59,765 nucleotides of DNA from a virus (taxonomy: Duplodnaviria; Caudoviricetes), in IMG/VR virus record IMGVR_UViG_3300037311_000053, positions 1 through 59,765 of that record; one strand, given 5' to 3'. Below the pieces are notes generated by a model. It searched no databases. It saw nothing but the letters and a program-made list of their open reading frames with translations, and was not told the origin of the DNA. Within the stretch, counting starts at the first letter, position 1; every line of letters begins with the position of its first letter. The position numbers and the translations under genes were made by a program. This document shows positions 15,137 through 25,228 of the stretch, in pieces.

Positions 15137-16332
15137 TACGCAACTCGGATTTTCAAGGTTGATCCTGTTCGATACAAACCTTTGACTGGGACTCCTCCGC
15201 TTGCTGCTGCGGTATCATCCGCGTGATCTGGAATGGTGCCGCTGGGGCCAATACTGAAAATAACAACCGGAGATCCCGCTGCATCTATAACCAGTTCTAT
15301 TCGGTTGCCATTTGCGGCAGAGGAACCCATACGCCATGCGAAGCTGTTACCAGAGGCGTTTGCACCGATCGCTGCGTATGCGCTTGCGCTCGTACTGGCG
15401 TTGCGAACTCTACTGAAAACTTGGACGGCGGCGTCATACTCGAACAATGGCGCGCCGAATGCCTTAAACTCCACAGTTCCCGTGTTGCCGATGACGGTCT
15501 GGTTATTGGCTGTCGTGAATGAATTTTGGCCGATCGCAATACTGTTTGTAGCGTCGGTTTTTTGCGAACCAGAATTACCTGACCCATCGCCGATAAATAT
15601 GTTTGAATCACCGGTTAAATGCGCTCTACCGGCGTTGTGTCCGACGCCAACATTTCCGTTCCCAACCGATAGCTCCAAAGCCGAAAAGCCAAACGCGGCC
15701 CGACGCGAGACGTTGGTACCTGTAAACGCTGCAGCTTGACCAAAAGCAGCATTTTGGTTCCCTGTCGTATTCCGGCGTAACGCTTGATATCCAAAAGCTG
15801 AATTTTCTATCCCCGTCAGATTATCGCCCATGGAGGAATCACCAAATGACGAATTGGACGTAGCCACCTGCGTAAATTCTTGGCTGTTTTTCCCAAAGGC
15901 ACATGCTCCAACACCGGAAACGCAGTTTGTCAGAGCCTTGTGCCCCACTGCTGTGCAATCAATAACAGATACGCCATATTGCAGCGCACCCTCGCCGAAT
16001 GCAGTGTTCCCTCCCCCAGTGGTTATGCCCGAAAGTGCGCTACGCCCTACGGCTGTGTTATTACCACCTGAGGTTATATTTGACCCCGCATTATGTCCGA
16101 TAAACAGATTTGCAGTGCCGGTCAGTGTTGTTGATACCCGATCAGGGGCGAGCGCTCCGGCACGGCCGATGAAGAAGTTAAAGTTTGCATAATCGGTTAA
16201 ACCTATAATCACATTGTTGATGGAAATGCGGCGATCGACGGCAGGCCCACTACCCTTGTGCCCCCAGAGATAAAACGAGCTATCGTAAAGATCCGCGGGC
16301 GGTGCAATTGTCCGATCAGTCATGTTTGCCAT
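15136..16332 (-). CDS. Tail fibre / receptor-binding protein
   Basis: ~14-aa NTAVG..AL solenoid repeats; C-terminal GGVPVKGLYRTG motif. Confidence 0.8.
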   Translation of the reverse strand: MANMTDRTIAPPADLYDSSFYLWGHKGSGPAVDRRISINNVIIGLTDYANFNFFIGRAGALAPDRVSTTLTGTANLFIGHNAGSNITSGGNNTAVGRSALSGITTGGGNTAFGEGALQYGVSVIDCTAVGHKALTNCVSGVGACAFGKNSQEFTQVATSNSSFGDSSMGDNLTGIENSAFGYQALRRNTTGNQNAAFGQAAAFTGTNVSRRAAFGFSALELSVGNGNVGVGHNAGRAHLTGDSNIFIGDGSGNSGSQKTDATNSIAIGQNSFTTANNQTVIGNTGTVEFKAFGAPLFEYDAAVQVFSRVRNASTSASAYAAIGANASGNSFAWRMGSSAANGNRIELVIDAAGSPVVIFSIGPSGTIPDHADDTAAASGGVPVKGLYRTGSTLKIRVA

Positions 16333-16345
16333 GTCGTTTCCTCAA

Positions 16346-16768
16346 TTATAAGTTCAGTAAAATTTCGCGAATTGCGGCGATATCGGAAGGGCTTTGGGCG
16401 GAGGACAACGACGCCTCCAATTCATTCGACCATGATCTTATGGCGTTGACTTGCGCACGGCGCTCCACCGCGCCCGGCTCGTCAGGATTGGCTAGGTCAT
16501 TCAGTTGTCGCCATGTCGGCGCGACTTCGGCAATTTTAGCGGCAGCTGCGGCTTTTATTTCAGCGATCAACGTCGATTCAACGCCGGATAGTCGAAATGC
16601 AATTTTGCCAGTGTCGAATGAGACAGCTTCGCCAAGGTGGGGCAGGGGTTCCCTTTCCAGCTGGTAAACACGCTTTCCGACAAGAGCGTCTTTCCCGTCA
16701 AGATCGGGGTTGTCATACCTGACCATAAACTCTCCGGATTTGCTGACAATCGCCCATATTTGCGTCAT
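16346..16768 (-). CDS. Putative tail fibre assembly protein
   Basis: IKAAAAAKIAEVAPTWRQLN...IRSWSNELEA; adjacent to the fibre gene. Confidence 0.6.
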   Translation of the reverse strand: MTQIWAIVSKSGEFMVRYDNPDLDGKDALVGKRVYQLEREPLPHLGEAVSFDTGKIAFRLSGVESTLIAEIKAAAAAKIAEVAPTWRQLNDLANPDEPGAVERRAQVNAIRSWSNELEASLSSAQSPSDIAAIREILLNL

Positions 16769-19296
16769 GGTTTTGCTTCCATTAGTGCGGTGCCGGTGGG
16801 GTTTACATTGCGGCCCGTGGCATTGAGTAAACCGACCAACCGAACATCGTAGCTGCCTGCCGGCAAGCCTGATTTTGTTTGCGTCACAGCCACCGAGCCA
16901 GGTTCCGCGTCATAAACTTCGTAATCGGGCGGGCCTGTGTAAATCGCCGAGATGCCAGACGATCCGACAATGCCAGCTGCGAAGTCGTTCCAGCTTCCCG
17001 AACCGGCGACGGCATATTGCCATTTTGCGGTCATTGTGCGGATGACCCCGCCGTTGCCAGTGACATAATAATCAAGTGGAGCCGTCCCATAGAGGCTTTG
17101 GCCGCTGGCAAGAGCAAGAGTCTTGACGCTGGAAATTTCGACATAGCTTGTGCTGTTGAGCGTGATAAACTCGCCGGCAGCCCAGCTTTTTGAATCGGTG
17201 CCCGATGGCGCCGAAGGCGCTGGCGCAAGCGCTTTGCTGACTTTGAACGGAAGAGCCGCAACGGCAATGCCGGCAACGGTAATGTTGAGCACACCGCCTG
17301 CATCAAGGGCGGTGATGGCCGTAATGGACACCGTGCCTTTGTCAGATGCCCCGTCTGTGTCCACACGTGTGAACGTTCCGCCATAATCACCAGTAATCGT
17401 GTAATGAACGTCATCCGCGCCCCGAATGCTAACGCCGCCCCGAACAACGGTGGGCGTCCATGTCACCAACGCCAGATTGGTGCTTGTCACTACGCCAAGA
17501 TAATCGGCAGGCACCGTTTTGTCTGGTGACATCGAAGCTGTGACTTGAGTCGCCGCAGTCATGGCCTCGATCGCTAGGCGCTGCACGCTCTTTAATTCGG
17601 TGTCATACTCACTGCGAGCCGTGTCAAGTGATCCGCGAACGACCGGACTTGCAACCGAAATATTATTCCATGCGGGCGAAATGGCGGCGAGAAAATCCAG
17701 CCACGCCGTGCGTTTCGTATTGAGTGTTGAGACCGATACGCCGGCAGCAGTCGCATTTGCACTTATGGCGCTGTAAGCGGCCGCGAAGGCCGCTGCTGCA
17801 GGTATTAAAACCTCCACTTTTTCGCTGATGGTTATGATATCGTCGTCATCGATAGCGTTTACACGCGCTTCGAGAGTCGTCACTTCAAGCAAAGCCGCAT
17901 CAGCCGTGGCTTGTGCTGTCGATATCGCAAGATCCTGAATATCCTCGTACCCAGAGGAAGTGACCGCGCCTTCATCGGAAGTGATGTCACCTTCATCGCT
18001 GAATACATTGGTTCCGACAAAGCGGTATTGCTCATTGTTCTGGCCAATGTAGATGCCCCCAATAAGCATGGTGGCTGGAGGTGGGTCGGGGTAACGGACG
18101 CTTATCAGTTGGTCGAAGCCCGATATTTCCTCGGTCGAATGAACCTTCCATGCTCTGTCATACGCAAACTCGATGTAGCTGAAAGGCGGCGAAAGTCCGG
18201 TTTCCTCAGATGACACCACCCGCGGCAACTGCTTTTGCTGCGCGTCCAGAACGAGTGAACCGGCTCCGACCGATATTCGGCAAGCGAACAGTTTGCCCAT
18301 GAAGCTGACACCGGCCTGAGCATTGCAGGGAGCGGCCAATTCAGCGGCAACTTCCAAAACCGTCTTTTGGGCATTGAGGAAATAGCCGATGCGGCCCTGA
18401 TTAGATAGGCCAGCCAATGCAGTATCGAGCGCGTTCCATGAAGTCGTATCAATCAGCGACCCAGAGACACCGGCATTACTTGCAATGCGCTGCACGATCT
18501 CGCCCGTTTTTCGGGTCCATGTGCCGCCAAAGGCGTCACCATCTACATCGCCCGTGATGACGCCCGCCGCTGGGGCTCCGAGTTTAATCAGGCCGGACGC
18601 AAGGCATGTCGCCCATTCGCCATTGGGGACTAATGCCGCAACAAGGGCGGTGTAGTTGGCAAAATTCCCGACAGACGCTCCAAACTGACTTGCCTTCTCG
18701 TACAGCGCGTTGACCGCCTGTATCGGGCCATAGGCGCTAAACTGGTAGATATTGTTCACGCTGTCGATCAAGACCGGCTCGACGTTGGAGCATCGGCCAA
18801 GGAGAAACGGCTTTGGTTGGTTCGCAAGGGCCGTCCCGCCCTCTATCCCGCCTGTCCCTGCATATTTAAGGGTGAGAGCGTCCTTTTCAAAAGGCGTGCT
18901 GTCCGAGCGGATATTGAGCCGGACCTGGTTGCCGGACGCCGAATAACTATCCCCGTCGACAATACCCTCATAAATCTGGGTCCAAGGCCATACCTGTCCT
19001 TTGTCACCGGCCCACAGTTTAATCTTTGCACCTTGCCATACGAAACGGCGCGCATTTGGCAGGGCGGTCAGAAACTTGTCGATCTGCAGCACCATCGCGC
19101 CACCGTTTGGAGAAATGGTCCCGTCAAAGTCTCCCTTGAACAACCGAATGGCAATCGTGGGAGGTGATGAGATGGCCGGATACCATGTCAGGCTGTTCAG
19201 GCCCGTCACTCGCCTGTCATTGGCATTGGTGCATCGCAATGTCTGCCGTGTGCCAAGAACAGGATCGAGAGGCGTTAATTCAGCGAGGACGATCAT
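16765..19296 (-). CDS. Tail tip / host-specificity protein
   Basis: 843 aa directly after the tape measure; YAGTGGIEG...KPFLLGRCSNVEPV motif. Confidence 0.8.
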   Translation of the reverse strand: MIVLAELTPLDPVLGTRQTLRCTNANDRRVTGLNSLTWYPAISSPPTIAIRLFKGDFDGTISPNGGAMVLQIDKFLTALPNARRFVWQGAKIKLWAGDKGQVWPWTQIYEGIVDGDSYSASGNQVRLNIRSDSTPFEKDALTLKYAGTGGIEGGTALANQPKPFLLGRCSNVEPVLIDSVNNIYQFSAYGPIQAVNALYEKASQFGASVGNFANYTALVAALVPNGEWATCLASGLIKLGAPAAGVITGDVDGDAFGGTWTRKTGEIVQRIASNAGVSGSLIDTTSWNALDTALAGLSNQGRIGYFLNAQKTVLEVAAELAAPCNAQAGVSFMGKLFACRISVGAGSLVLDAQQKQLPRVVSSEETGLSPPFSYIEFAYDRAWKVHSTEEISGFDQLISVRYPDPPPATMLIGGIYIGQNNEQYRFVGTNVFSDEGDITSDEGAVTSSGYEDIQDLAISTAQATADAALLEVTTLEARVNAIDDDDIITISEKVEVLIPAAAAFAAAYSAISANATAAGVSVSTLNTKRTAWLDFLAAISPAWNNISVASPVVRGSLDTARSEYDTELKSVQRLAIEAMTAATQVTASMSPDKTVPADYLGVVTSTNLALVTWTPTVVRGGVSIRGADDVHYTITGDYGGTFTRVDTDGASDKGTVSITAITALDAGGVLNITVAGIAVAALPFKVSKALAPAPSAPSGTDSKSWAAGEFITLNSTSYVEISSVKTLALASGQSLYGTAPLDYYVTGNGGVIRTMTAKWQYAVAGSGSWNDFAAGIVGSSGISAIYTGPPDYEVYDAEPGSVAVTQTKSGLPAGSYDVRLVGLLNATGRNVNPTGTALMEAKP

Positions 19297-22200
19297 CAGA
19301 AGAAGGTGCTTCCAGCAAGGCGGAAGTTGACCGGAATATTGCTAGTTCCCGTCTGGACGGCGATCTGTTGCAGCAAGAGATTGCTTTGGTTTATTGCTGC
19401 CACAAGCGAGTTTGTCTGGCCTGTAATGGCGCCTACCACCGCGCCACTATCATTCGCAGTCGAACCAAAGATGCCCGCATTGTTCTGAGCCAGCAAAGCG
19501 ACGTTGCTTTCGGCATCAATGCGCGATTTTGTCAGGCCAGTGATCTCATCGAGACGAGAGAAGTATCCCGACTGGCTTCCGAATATCTGGCGTTCGATGT
19601 CGAGCAAGGTACGTGCGACGTCCGCAAACTCATCATAGGCCGTTTTGTCCCCAGCGGCCACACGGGCCTTGAGCGGGTCATATTGGGCCAATGCGAACGC
19701 TTGGCGCTCTTTCAGGCTGCGATTGTCATTGGCCGCGGTCAAATCGTCATACAGGCCCTTCAGCGATGACGTAACGCGCTCGTTCGCCTCCTTGATGGCA
19801 TCGGCACGCTCTAAGCCATAGAGACGTTCCAACTCAGCATATTCGGCCGCAGATGCACCCGCTTCCGCAAAGATATTCCGCAACCGGCTAAATTCACGGT
19901 CGAGACGGTCTATTGCTGCGCCGGTGGGGTCATCGCGCTCTTTCAGGCGGTCGAACACCGATTGGAAGTCGAGAGCCTTTTCCAGACCTTCTTCGAGCGA
20001 TTTTGCATTGGTGAGAAGTTTCTTCGTACCTTCACGAAGCCCGACAAGAACGCCGTCATTGATCAGATCGAGGGCTAAGGCGCGCGCGGCCTCAATTGCC
20101 GCTTCTTCACCCTTGCCAAACTTGATGACGCCAGCGCCCTTCGTCCGGCCTTGTCCGGTGGGATCGAGGACATACGACTTCTTGCGGATACCGATAGAAG
20201 CCGAACCAGCACTCGCATTGACCGATACGCCCAACTGCTCCGCAATTGAGTTGATCTGTTCAATGACGGAATTGGCCGAATTTGAAGCGCTCGCAATACG
20301 AGACTTGCTGTTACCGCGCGTGCCGGTGATGCCGAGCGAGCCGTTTACGCCACCAATTGTTGCCGAGCCGCGCAAAGCGCTTCCAAATAGTGCGGTCAGT
20401 GGGCCGCCGATTAGAGCCGTCAGCAATCCGCCGTTCTTAATCTGGTCAGTGCCAAACAGTTTCCCGAACGACTGGTTCAACTGCAGCGCTGCTCCGACTT
20501 GGGGCAGGGATGACATGATGGAGTTGAGAGGACTGTTCGGCCCCAAGAAGCTATTGACGCTTCCCAAGATAGAGCCTGCCGCCTGTCCTATTTGGCCACC
20601 CTTGCGACCGAACGCGGAACCGATGGCCTGTCCATAAGCTGCACCTTGGAACGCGCCCTCGATCGCCCTGCCAATGGATGATGCAGCAAGCCCGTTAATT
20701 CCAAACAATTTCTCCAGAGACTTGCCGAACGTCTTGGCGAGAACAGAGTTGGCGTCTTTGATGCCATTGACGACAATTTCAGCCTCAGTCTGCCCCTCGG
20801 TGGCAGGAATCGGGTTATCGTTCGCAGCGGGGACACCATTTATCTTATTTGCGGCATTGGAAAGCGCGGACGAAAGTTTGTCCAAATCCTGAATAATCTC
20901 GCCGATGCTACCCGCCATCTGCTTTCCAGCTTCGTCGACCTTATCCAGACCCAAGATTTTCAAGCGCTGGTTGTCGAATAAGTCACCGAACAGGTCGCGG
21001 AAAATGGTATCCGTGATACCCTGCTTCACAATATCGAATTGGCGCTTGATGAGGTTCGAGAAGCCTTTGCCGTCGAGAACGTCGCGGATGGTCTGGCGGA
21101 AGTTTTCGCCGGTCTGGTCGAGAAGGCGAAGTTGCTCTTGGCGGATTTCGCTCTGTTTTTCCAGTTCGAGCGAACGGCGCTGCTCGCCGGCAACCAAATC
21201 GGCTTGGGTTTTGATGGCTTCTTCATCAATTTTCCCACCGCGATTTTTCAGGTCGAGAACGCGGCGAAGTATCTCCGCCTCAGTGTCGCGGCCTTCAATC
21301 AGCAATTGGTCGATTGCCGCCTGCTCTTGGCTCAGTTTTACAATATCGCGCAATGGTCGGTTTACCGAATCCGCTGCCGCAGCCTGAGCTTTCAATGCAG
21401 CGACCCGCGCCTCCTCCAACTGCTTGCGCTGATCTTCACCGAGATCCTTGTCGGCCAGTTTGACGTCGATGTCCTCAATGGTCTGACGCAACTTCTCACC
21501 GGCAATTGTGGCACGGTCGATCAGGCGAGGCTGCTCATCAAACTCTGCGCCGATGCGGGTTACACTCAGGATGATCTGGTCAATGCTGTTCTGGTAAGCC
21601 TGAGCCTCTTTCTGGGCGCGCTCCAATGCGTTCTGGGCCTGTTGCGCGCTTCCGATCTTACGGTATGCGAGAACGTCTTTTTCGGAAAACTCAGCGGTAG
21701 AGACGCGATTGTTCTGATTTCCGCCCGTGACGCGGATTTTGCCCTTGGAGCCTTCACCAGCATAGAAGCCCACATGCCCCTGCGCTTCATTGTCACCACG
21801 GCGCAGAACAACAATGTCGCCCTTTTGGGGCCGGTCGGTCGCGCTGCCGTAATTGAGGAAACTTCGAGCGTTCAACTGGCCGTTGCTGGGGAGCCCATTG
21901 GTCGCCAGAACAGCATTAACGAATGCGGCGCACCATGCGGTGATCTTGGGGTCGATGTTGATGTTGGCTTCGTTGAACAGGTCTTGAAGGCTGCTCCGGC
22001 CCGAACGGGTATTCTCAGACAGGCCGTTATAGCTTTGAGCAGAGGTTAGAAGTTGATTGCCAATGCTCGCACGAAGCGAAGGCCCTGCAGCGCTTGTGCG
22101 GCGCTTTGAATCCTTCTCGGCCTCCAACTCGGCGTTTCGGTTCTTCTCGATGCCGGTCAGCGTCTTTTGCAGGCTCGCAGTCAGTTTATCGTTCCCGCGC

Positions 22201-23429
22201 GCCGCCTTGATTGCAGCATCAGCCATACGGTCATACTGGTCGTTGATTTTGGCAATAGGGTCGGTTGCAAGTTCAGCGCCGATCTTGGCGCGTTCAATCC
22301 GCAGATTGTTTAGCGCGGTCTGCGCGTCCTTCACATCCTGTTGCGCCGCCTTCAGTGCGCCGGAAAGGTCACTAGCCCCTTCTCCAAATCCGAATGTGCC
22401 GCGGTCGCCCGTCTTCCCAAGTTCACGGTCAGCAAGTTGCAATGCAGCGATACGTGCGACAATGTTCTCGCGGATACGAATTGTCGTTTCAGCATAAGCC
22501 TTTGCCTTGGCAATCAGCTCCTCTTTTTCCAAAGCACTGGATTTTGTCGCTGCTTTCTGAGCGTCATTGTAATCTTGGATTGCCTTGCGCGCGGCCTGAG
22601 TGCTGGCGTTAACAACGTCGAATGCCTCGCTCAGTGTAAGCGATTTATCTTTAAGTTTTTCGGACTCCTTGCCCGCCGTGAACAGATTATCAATGAATGG
22701 GCCAAGGGCAAATGCACCCAGCGCCACAGCCACACCCCAAGGGCCGGAAAGGAAGCGAGCAACTGCACCGACCTTCCCACCAACGTCCGAGAACGCGAAC
22801 GCAAGTTGGGGAAGCTGTTGGGCAAGCACGGTCGATGCACGCTGGCCTGAGCCCATGCTGATCACGATGTCTTGGAGTTGCTGACCGGCCTGAGTGGTCG
22901 CTTGGCGCATTGCGCGGACGGATTGGGTATTGGCCTGATATGCCGTGGTCCCGCGGCCGCTGGCCTGAATTACCTGATCGGTTGCTGCCTTGGTCTTGTT
23001 TATCTCAGCCTGCAAACGCTCATGTGTGGTGGCCAGCGCACGTAATTCCGCGGCTTCCTGCTCGGCTTCGCGCGCCGCCGCAGATGCAGCTTGCACATAG
23101 GTCTGAGTCGCCTTGGATGTGTCATTGGTATCGCGCTGCAATTGACGCGCTGCGTCAGCCAATTGGCGAGTGGATGCTGCAAATGCGTCCGCACGCTGCG
23201 ATGCAGTACGCAGTTCATCAAGCCCAAGATCAAGACTGCCTCCGATATTACGGGGAATACTGAGGGCGCGTTCGATGGTCGACTGGACCTGGCCCATATT
23301 GCGTTCAAAATCACGACGCAGATTTTCGCTGGCGGCCTTCCCCTGTTGCTCAAACTTCGAGAACGCAGAAAGTGTCTGAGCATCCGTCTCCGCACGGATA
23401 TATATGGGGAATACGCTGGACTGTGGCAT
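19296..23429 (-). CDS. Tape measure protein with embedded NlpC/P60 (TIGR02594-like) peptidoglycan hydrolase
   Basis: 1377 aa, helical; QLQDIVISM...AQQLPQL lambda-type motif; WCAAFV...GDIVV...GHVGFY. Confidence 0.92.
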   Translation of the reverse strand: MPQSSVFPIYIRAETDAQTLSAFSKFEQQGKAASENLRRDFERNMGQVQSTIERALSIPRNIGGSLDLGLDELRTASQRADAFAASTRQLADAARQLQRDTNDTSKATQTYVQAASAAAREAEQEAAELRALATTHERLQAEINKTKAATDQVIQASGRGTTAYQANTQSVRAMRQATTQAGQQLQDIVISMGSGQRASTVLAQQLPQLAFAFSDVGGKVGAVARFLSGPWGVAVALGAFALGPFIDNLFTAGKESEKLKDKSLTLSEAFDVVNASTQAARKAIQDYNDAQKAATKSSALEKEELIAKAKAYAETTIRIRENIVARIAALQLADRELGKTGDRGTFGFGEGASDLSGALKAAQQDVKDAQTALNNLRIERAKIGAELATDPIAKINDQYDRMADAAIKAARGNDKLTASLQKTLTGIEKNRNAELEAEKDSKRRTSAAGPSLRASIGNQLLTSAQSYNGLSENTRSGRSSLQDLFNEANINIDPKITAWCAAFVNAVLATNGLPSNGQLNARSFLNYGSATDRPQKGDIVVLRRGDNEAQGHVGFYAGEGSKGKIRVTGGNQNNRVSTAEFSEKDVLAYRKIGSAQQAQNALERAQKEAQAYQNSIDQIILSVTRIGAEFDEQPRLIDRATIAGEKLRQTIEDIDVKLADKDLGEDQRKQLEEARVAALKAQAAAADSVNRPLRDIVKLSQEQAAIDQLLIEGRDTEAEILRRVLDLKNRGGKIDEEAIKTQADLVAGEQRRSLELEKQSEIRQEQLRLLDQTGENFRQTIRDVLDGKGFSNLIKRQFDIVKQGITDTIFRDLFGDLFDNQRLKILGLDKVDEAGKQMAGSIGEIIQDLDKLSSALSNAANKINGVPAANDNPIPATEGQTEAEIVVNGIKDANSVLAKTFGKSLEKLFGINGLAASSIGRAIEGAFQGAAYGQAIGSAFGRKGGQIGQAAGSILGSVNSFLGPNSPLNSIMSSLPQVGAALQLNQSFGKLFGTDQIKNGGLLTALIGGPLTALFGSALRGSATIGGVNGSLGITGTRGNSKSRIASASNSANSVIEQINSIAEQLGVSVNASAGSASIGIRKKSYVLDPTGQGRTKGAGVIKFGKGEEAAIEAARALALDLINDGVLVGLREGTKKLLTNAKSLEEGLEKALDFQSVFDRLKERDDPTGAAIDRLDREFSRLRNIFAEAGASAAEYAELERLYGLERADAIKEANERVTSSLKGLYDDLTAANDNRSLKERQAFALAQYDPLKARVAAGDKTAYDEFADVARTLLDIERQIFGSQSGYFSRLDEITGLTKSRIDAESNVALLAQNNAGIFGSTANDSGAVVGAITGQTNSLVAAINQSNLLLQQIAVQTGTSNIPVNFRLAGSTFF

Positions 23430-24148
23430 CAGCTAACACTCACATTGAACATGTTGCCTAATTCCCCTTTGAGATCATTTGCGACGCGCTGCGCGATGGC
23501 GAGCGGGTCAGTGCGTTTCGAGCGAACGGTTTGGCGAATGCCGATGAAGGCGACGATGAAATCACGCCCGACCTGCCCCTTGCGAGGCTTGCCGGATTTT
23601 GTGAGCGAGCGGGCAGATCGAGACTTTCCGGCCGCACTGACCCCCACGTTTTTGACGATGAGCAAAGGTGTCCCATCCTTGGCGGAAATGCGCTCAAGGG
23701 GGCCAATCTTGCTCTCAAGGCCATACTGGCGCCAATAGCGCGGCTCCAACCGTTTCCGGTCGCTTCCCTTGCCGACAAGGCGCTGGATGTCATCCGAGGG
23801 GAACCATAGGAAACCAGATGGGTTCTTGGCCTTAATGGTCGCTCCCTCGGTGTAGGAGATGATGGCACCAACCGCTCTTTCACTCTTTGACCGGATATGG
23901 ATGTTGCCGGATGCCGAAAATTGACCGCCACCCTTCTCATAGGCCCGCTTATTCTTTTTCAGGTCCGAACCAGACCCAAGGGCGTTACCCAATCGGCCCA
24001 AGCCGCTCGACTGCATATCAGAGCGAATTTCCTCCAGTGCGCGTCGAGCAGCCTTATCGGTGGCAACCAAAGCGGCTTCCTTCGCCTTTTCCAGAAAAGC
24101 AGACTTCGCCTGCATTAAAGAGCCGGTAGATACGGAAGCCCTGATCAC
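23429..24148 (-). CDS. Minor tail / tail completion protein
   Basis: Basic 239 aa; GTG start overlaps the stop of the frameshifted chaperone. Confidence 0.65.
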   Translation of the reverse strand: MIRASVSTGSLMQAKSAFLEKAKEAALVATDKAARRALEEIRSDMQSSGLGRLGNALGSGSDLKKNKRAYEKGGGQFSASGNIHIRSKSERAVGAIISYTEGATIKAKNPSGFLWFPSDDIQRLVGKGSDRKRLEPRYWRQYGLESKIGPLERISAKDGTPLLIVKNVGVSAAGKSRSARSLTKSGKPRKGQVGRDFIVAFIGIRQTVRSKRTDPLAIAQRVANDLKGELGNMFNVSVS

Positions 24149-24444
24149 GCGGCCTTTTCCTTATACTTCTCTGCCATCTCAAAGACGATGTTGAAGGCGC
24201 GGATAAGCTGCATGGGCTGATCTAGGAGACTTCTTCCGTCAGGCCAGCGGATGCTTCCGAATCCGTCTCGGCAACTGAGGGCGAGTTCGATGATTCCGGT
24301 GTCGGCTTCTGTGATGATTTCGCGGGGATGGGGGCCGATGCCGACGCCTTCGATGCCAATGTTTCCGTAGTCGAAACTGTCTTGGCCGACTCCATCGAAC
24401 CATTGTCCTCTGAAGTAATAGGCGACGGCGATGCGGAGTTTTTT
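24145..24444 (-). CDS. gpT-like extension reached by programmed -1 frameshift
   Basis: Slippery A-AAA-AAC at 24444-24438; the -1 frame reads LRIAVAYYFRGQW...WPDGRSLLDQPMQLIRAF...KAA and stops at 24145. Confidence 0.85.
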   Translation of the reverse strand, partial: KKLRIAVAYYFRGQWFDGVGQDSFDYGNIGIEGVGIGPHPREIITEADTGIIELALSCRDGFGSIRWPDGRSLLDQPMQLIRAFNIVFEMAEKYKEKAA

Positions 24445-25163
24445 TCCTGTTCCTTGGTCATATAGAAGGAAAGGAGGCAGCGCAGACCGAGCTGGGCGAA
24501 TGCGGTATTCAGACCTTCAGCATCCGGCACCATGTCAGTGTACGCCTTTTCCAAGGCGTCTTCGATCGCATCAACCGATTCCTCAGTGAGTATCTTGTCG
24601 CGGGTACGGACCAGTTTGACGTCGAGGCTGGTTTCCTCGACCAGCAAAGCGATGGAGATGCGGCGCAATTCCCGCTCGCGCTTCATGTTGTCGCGCTTCA
24701 TCTTGCCGATGCGCTGGGAATTACCCTCGACTTCATCAATAAGATTTTCGACGCGACGCTTTTCATGCGGGTCAAATTCAAGTTCGGGCTGGGGAGGGAG
24801 GACGTCTTTGAGGTCTTCAAGCGTCTTGTCGGGATTGTCGGTGAGATGGGCTCGTGCAACCGCCTTCCATTCTTCCTGAGCGGAAACGAGCGACGCACAT
24901 GCGGCATAATAGCTCTCAACTGACGCCACGATCACTTCCATGTCCATGCCATCAGCGCCATAATCGAGACGAAGCTCGTCAATCACGGCGCGCTGGAAAT
25001 CATCTGTGTCGTAGGAGCGCAGATTACGCAGGGCGATTTGGTCCTGATAGGCGTGCCGGTCGCGGCGCGTTCCATATCGGATCACGAATGAGGGAGCGCC
25101 TTCAATATCTTTGAAGCACTCAGGAGTATAGTCGAAGCTCTTGGCTTCCGCTGGGACTGTCAT
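24222..25163 (-). CDS. Tail assembly chaperone (gpG-like)
   Basis: Between tail tube and tape measure; EKN followed by a Ser/Thr-rich tail. Confidence 0.8.
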   Translation of the reverse strand: MTVPAEAKSFDYTPECFKDIEGAPSFVIRYGTRRDRHAYQDQIALRNLRSYDTDDFQRAVIDELRLDYGADGMDMEVIVASVESYYAACASLVSAQEEWKAVARAHLTDNPDKTLEDLKDVLPPQPELEFDPHEKRRVENLIDEVEGNSQRIGKMKRDNMKRERELRRISIALLVEETSLDVKLVRTRDKILTEESVDAIEDALEKAYTDMVPDAEGLNTAFAQLGLRCLLSFYMTKEQEKNSASPSPITSEDNGSMESAKTVSTTETLASKASASAPIPAKSSQKPTPESSNSPSVAETDSEASAGLTEEVS

Positions 25164-25228
25164 TGGGTTTCCTTTCGGGGCTAGGAAGGGTGCCGGTCGC
25201 CACCGAAGCAGCGACCGGATTATTCAGA

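Noticed and set aside
15136-16332. Diversity-generating retroelement or invertible tail-fibre switch
   Set aside because: No reverse transcriptase or invertase, and no template/variable repeat pair was seen.
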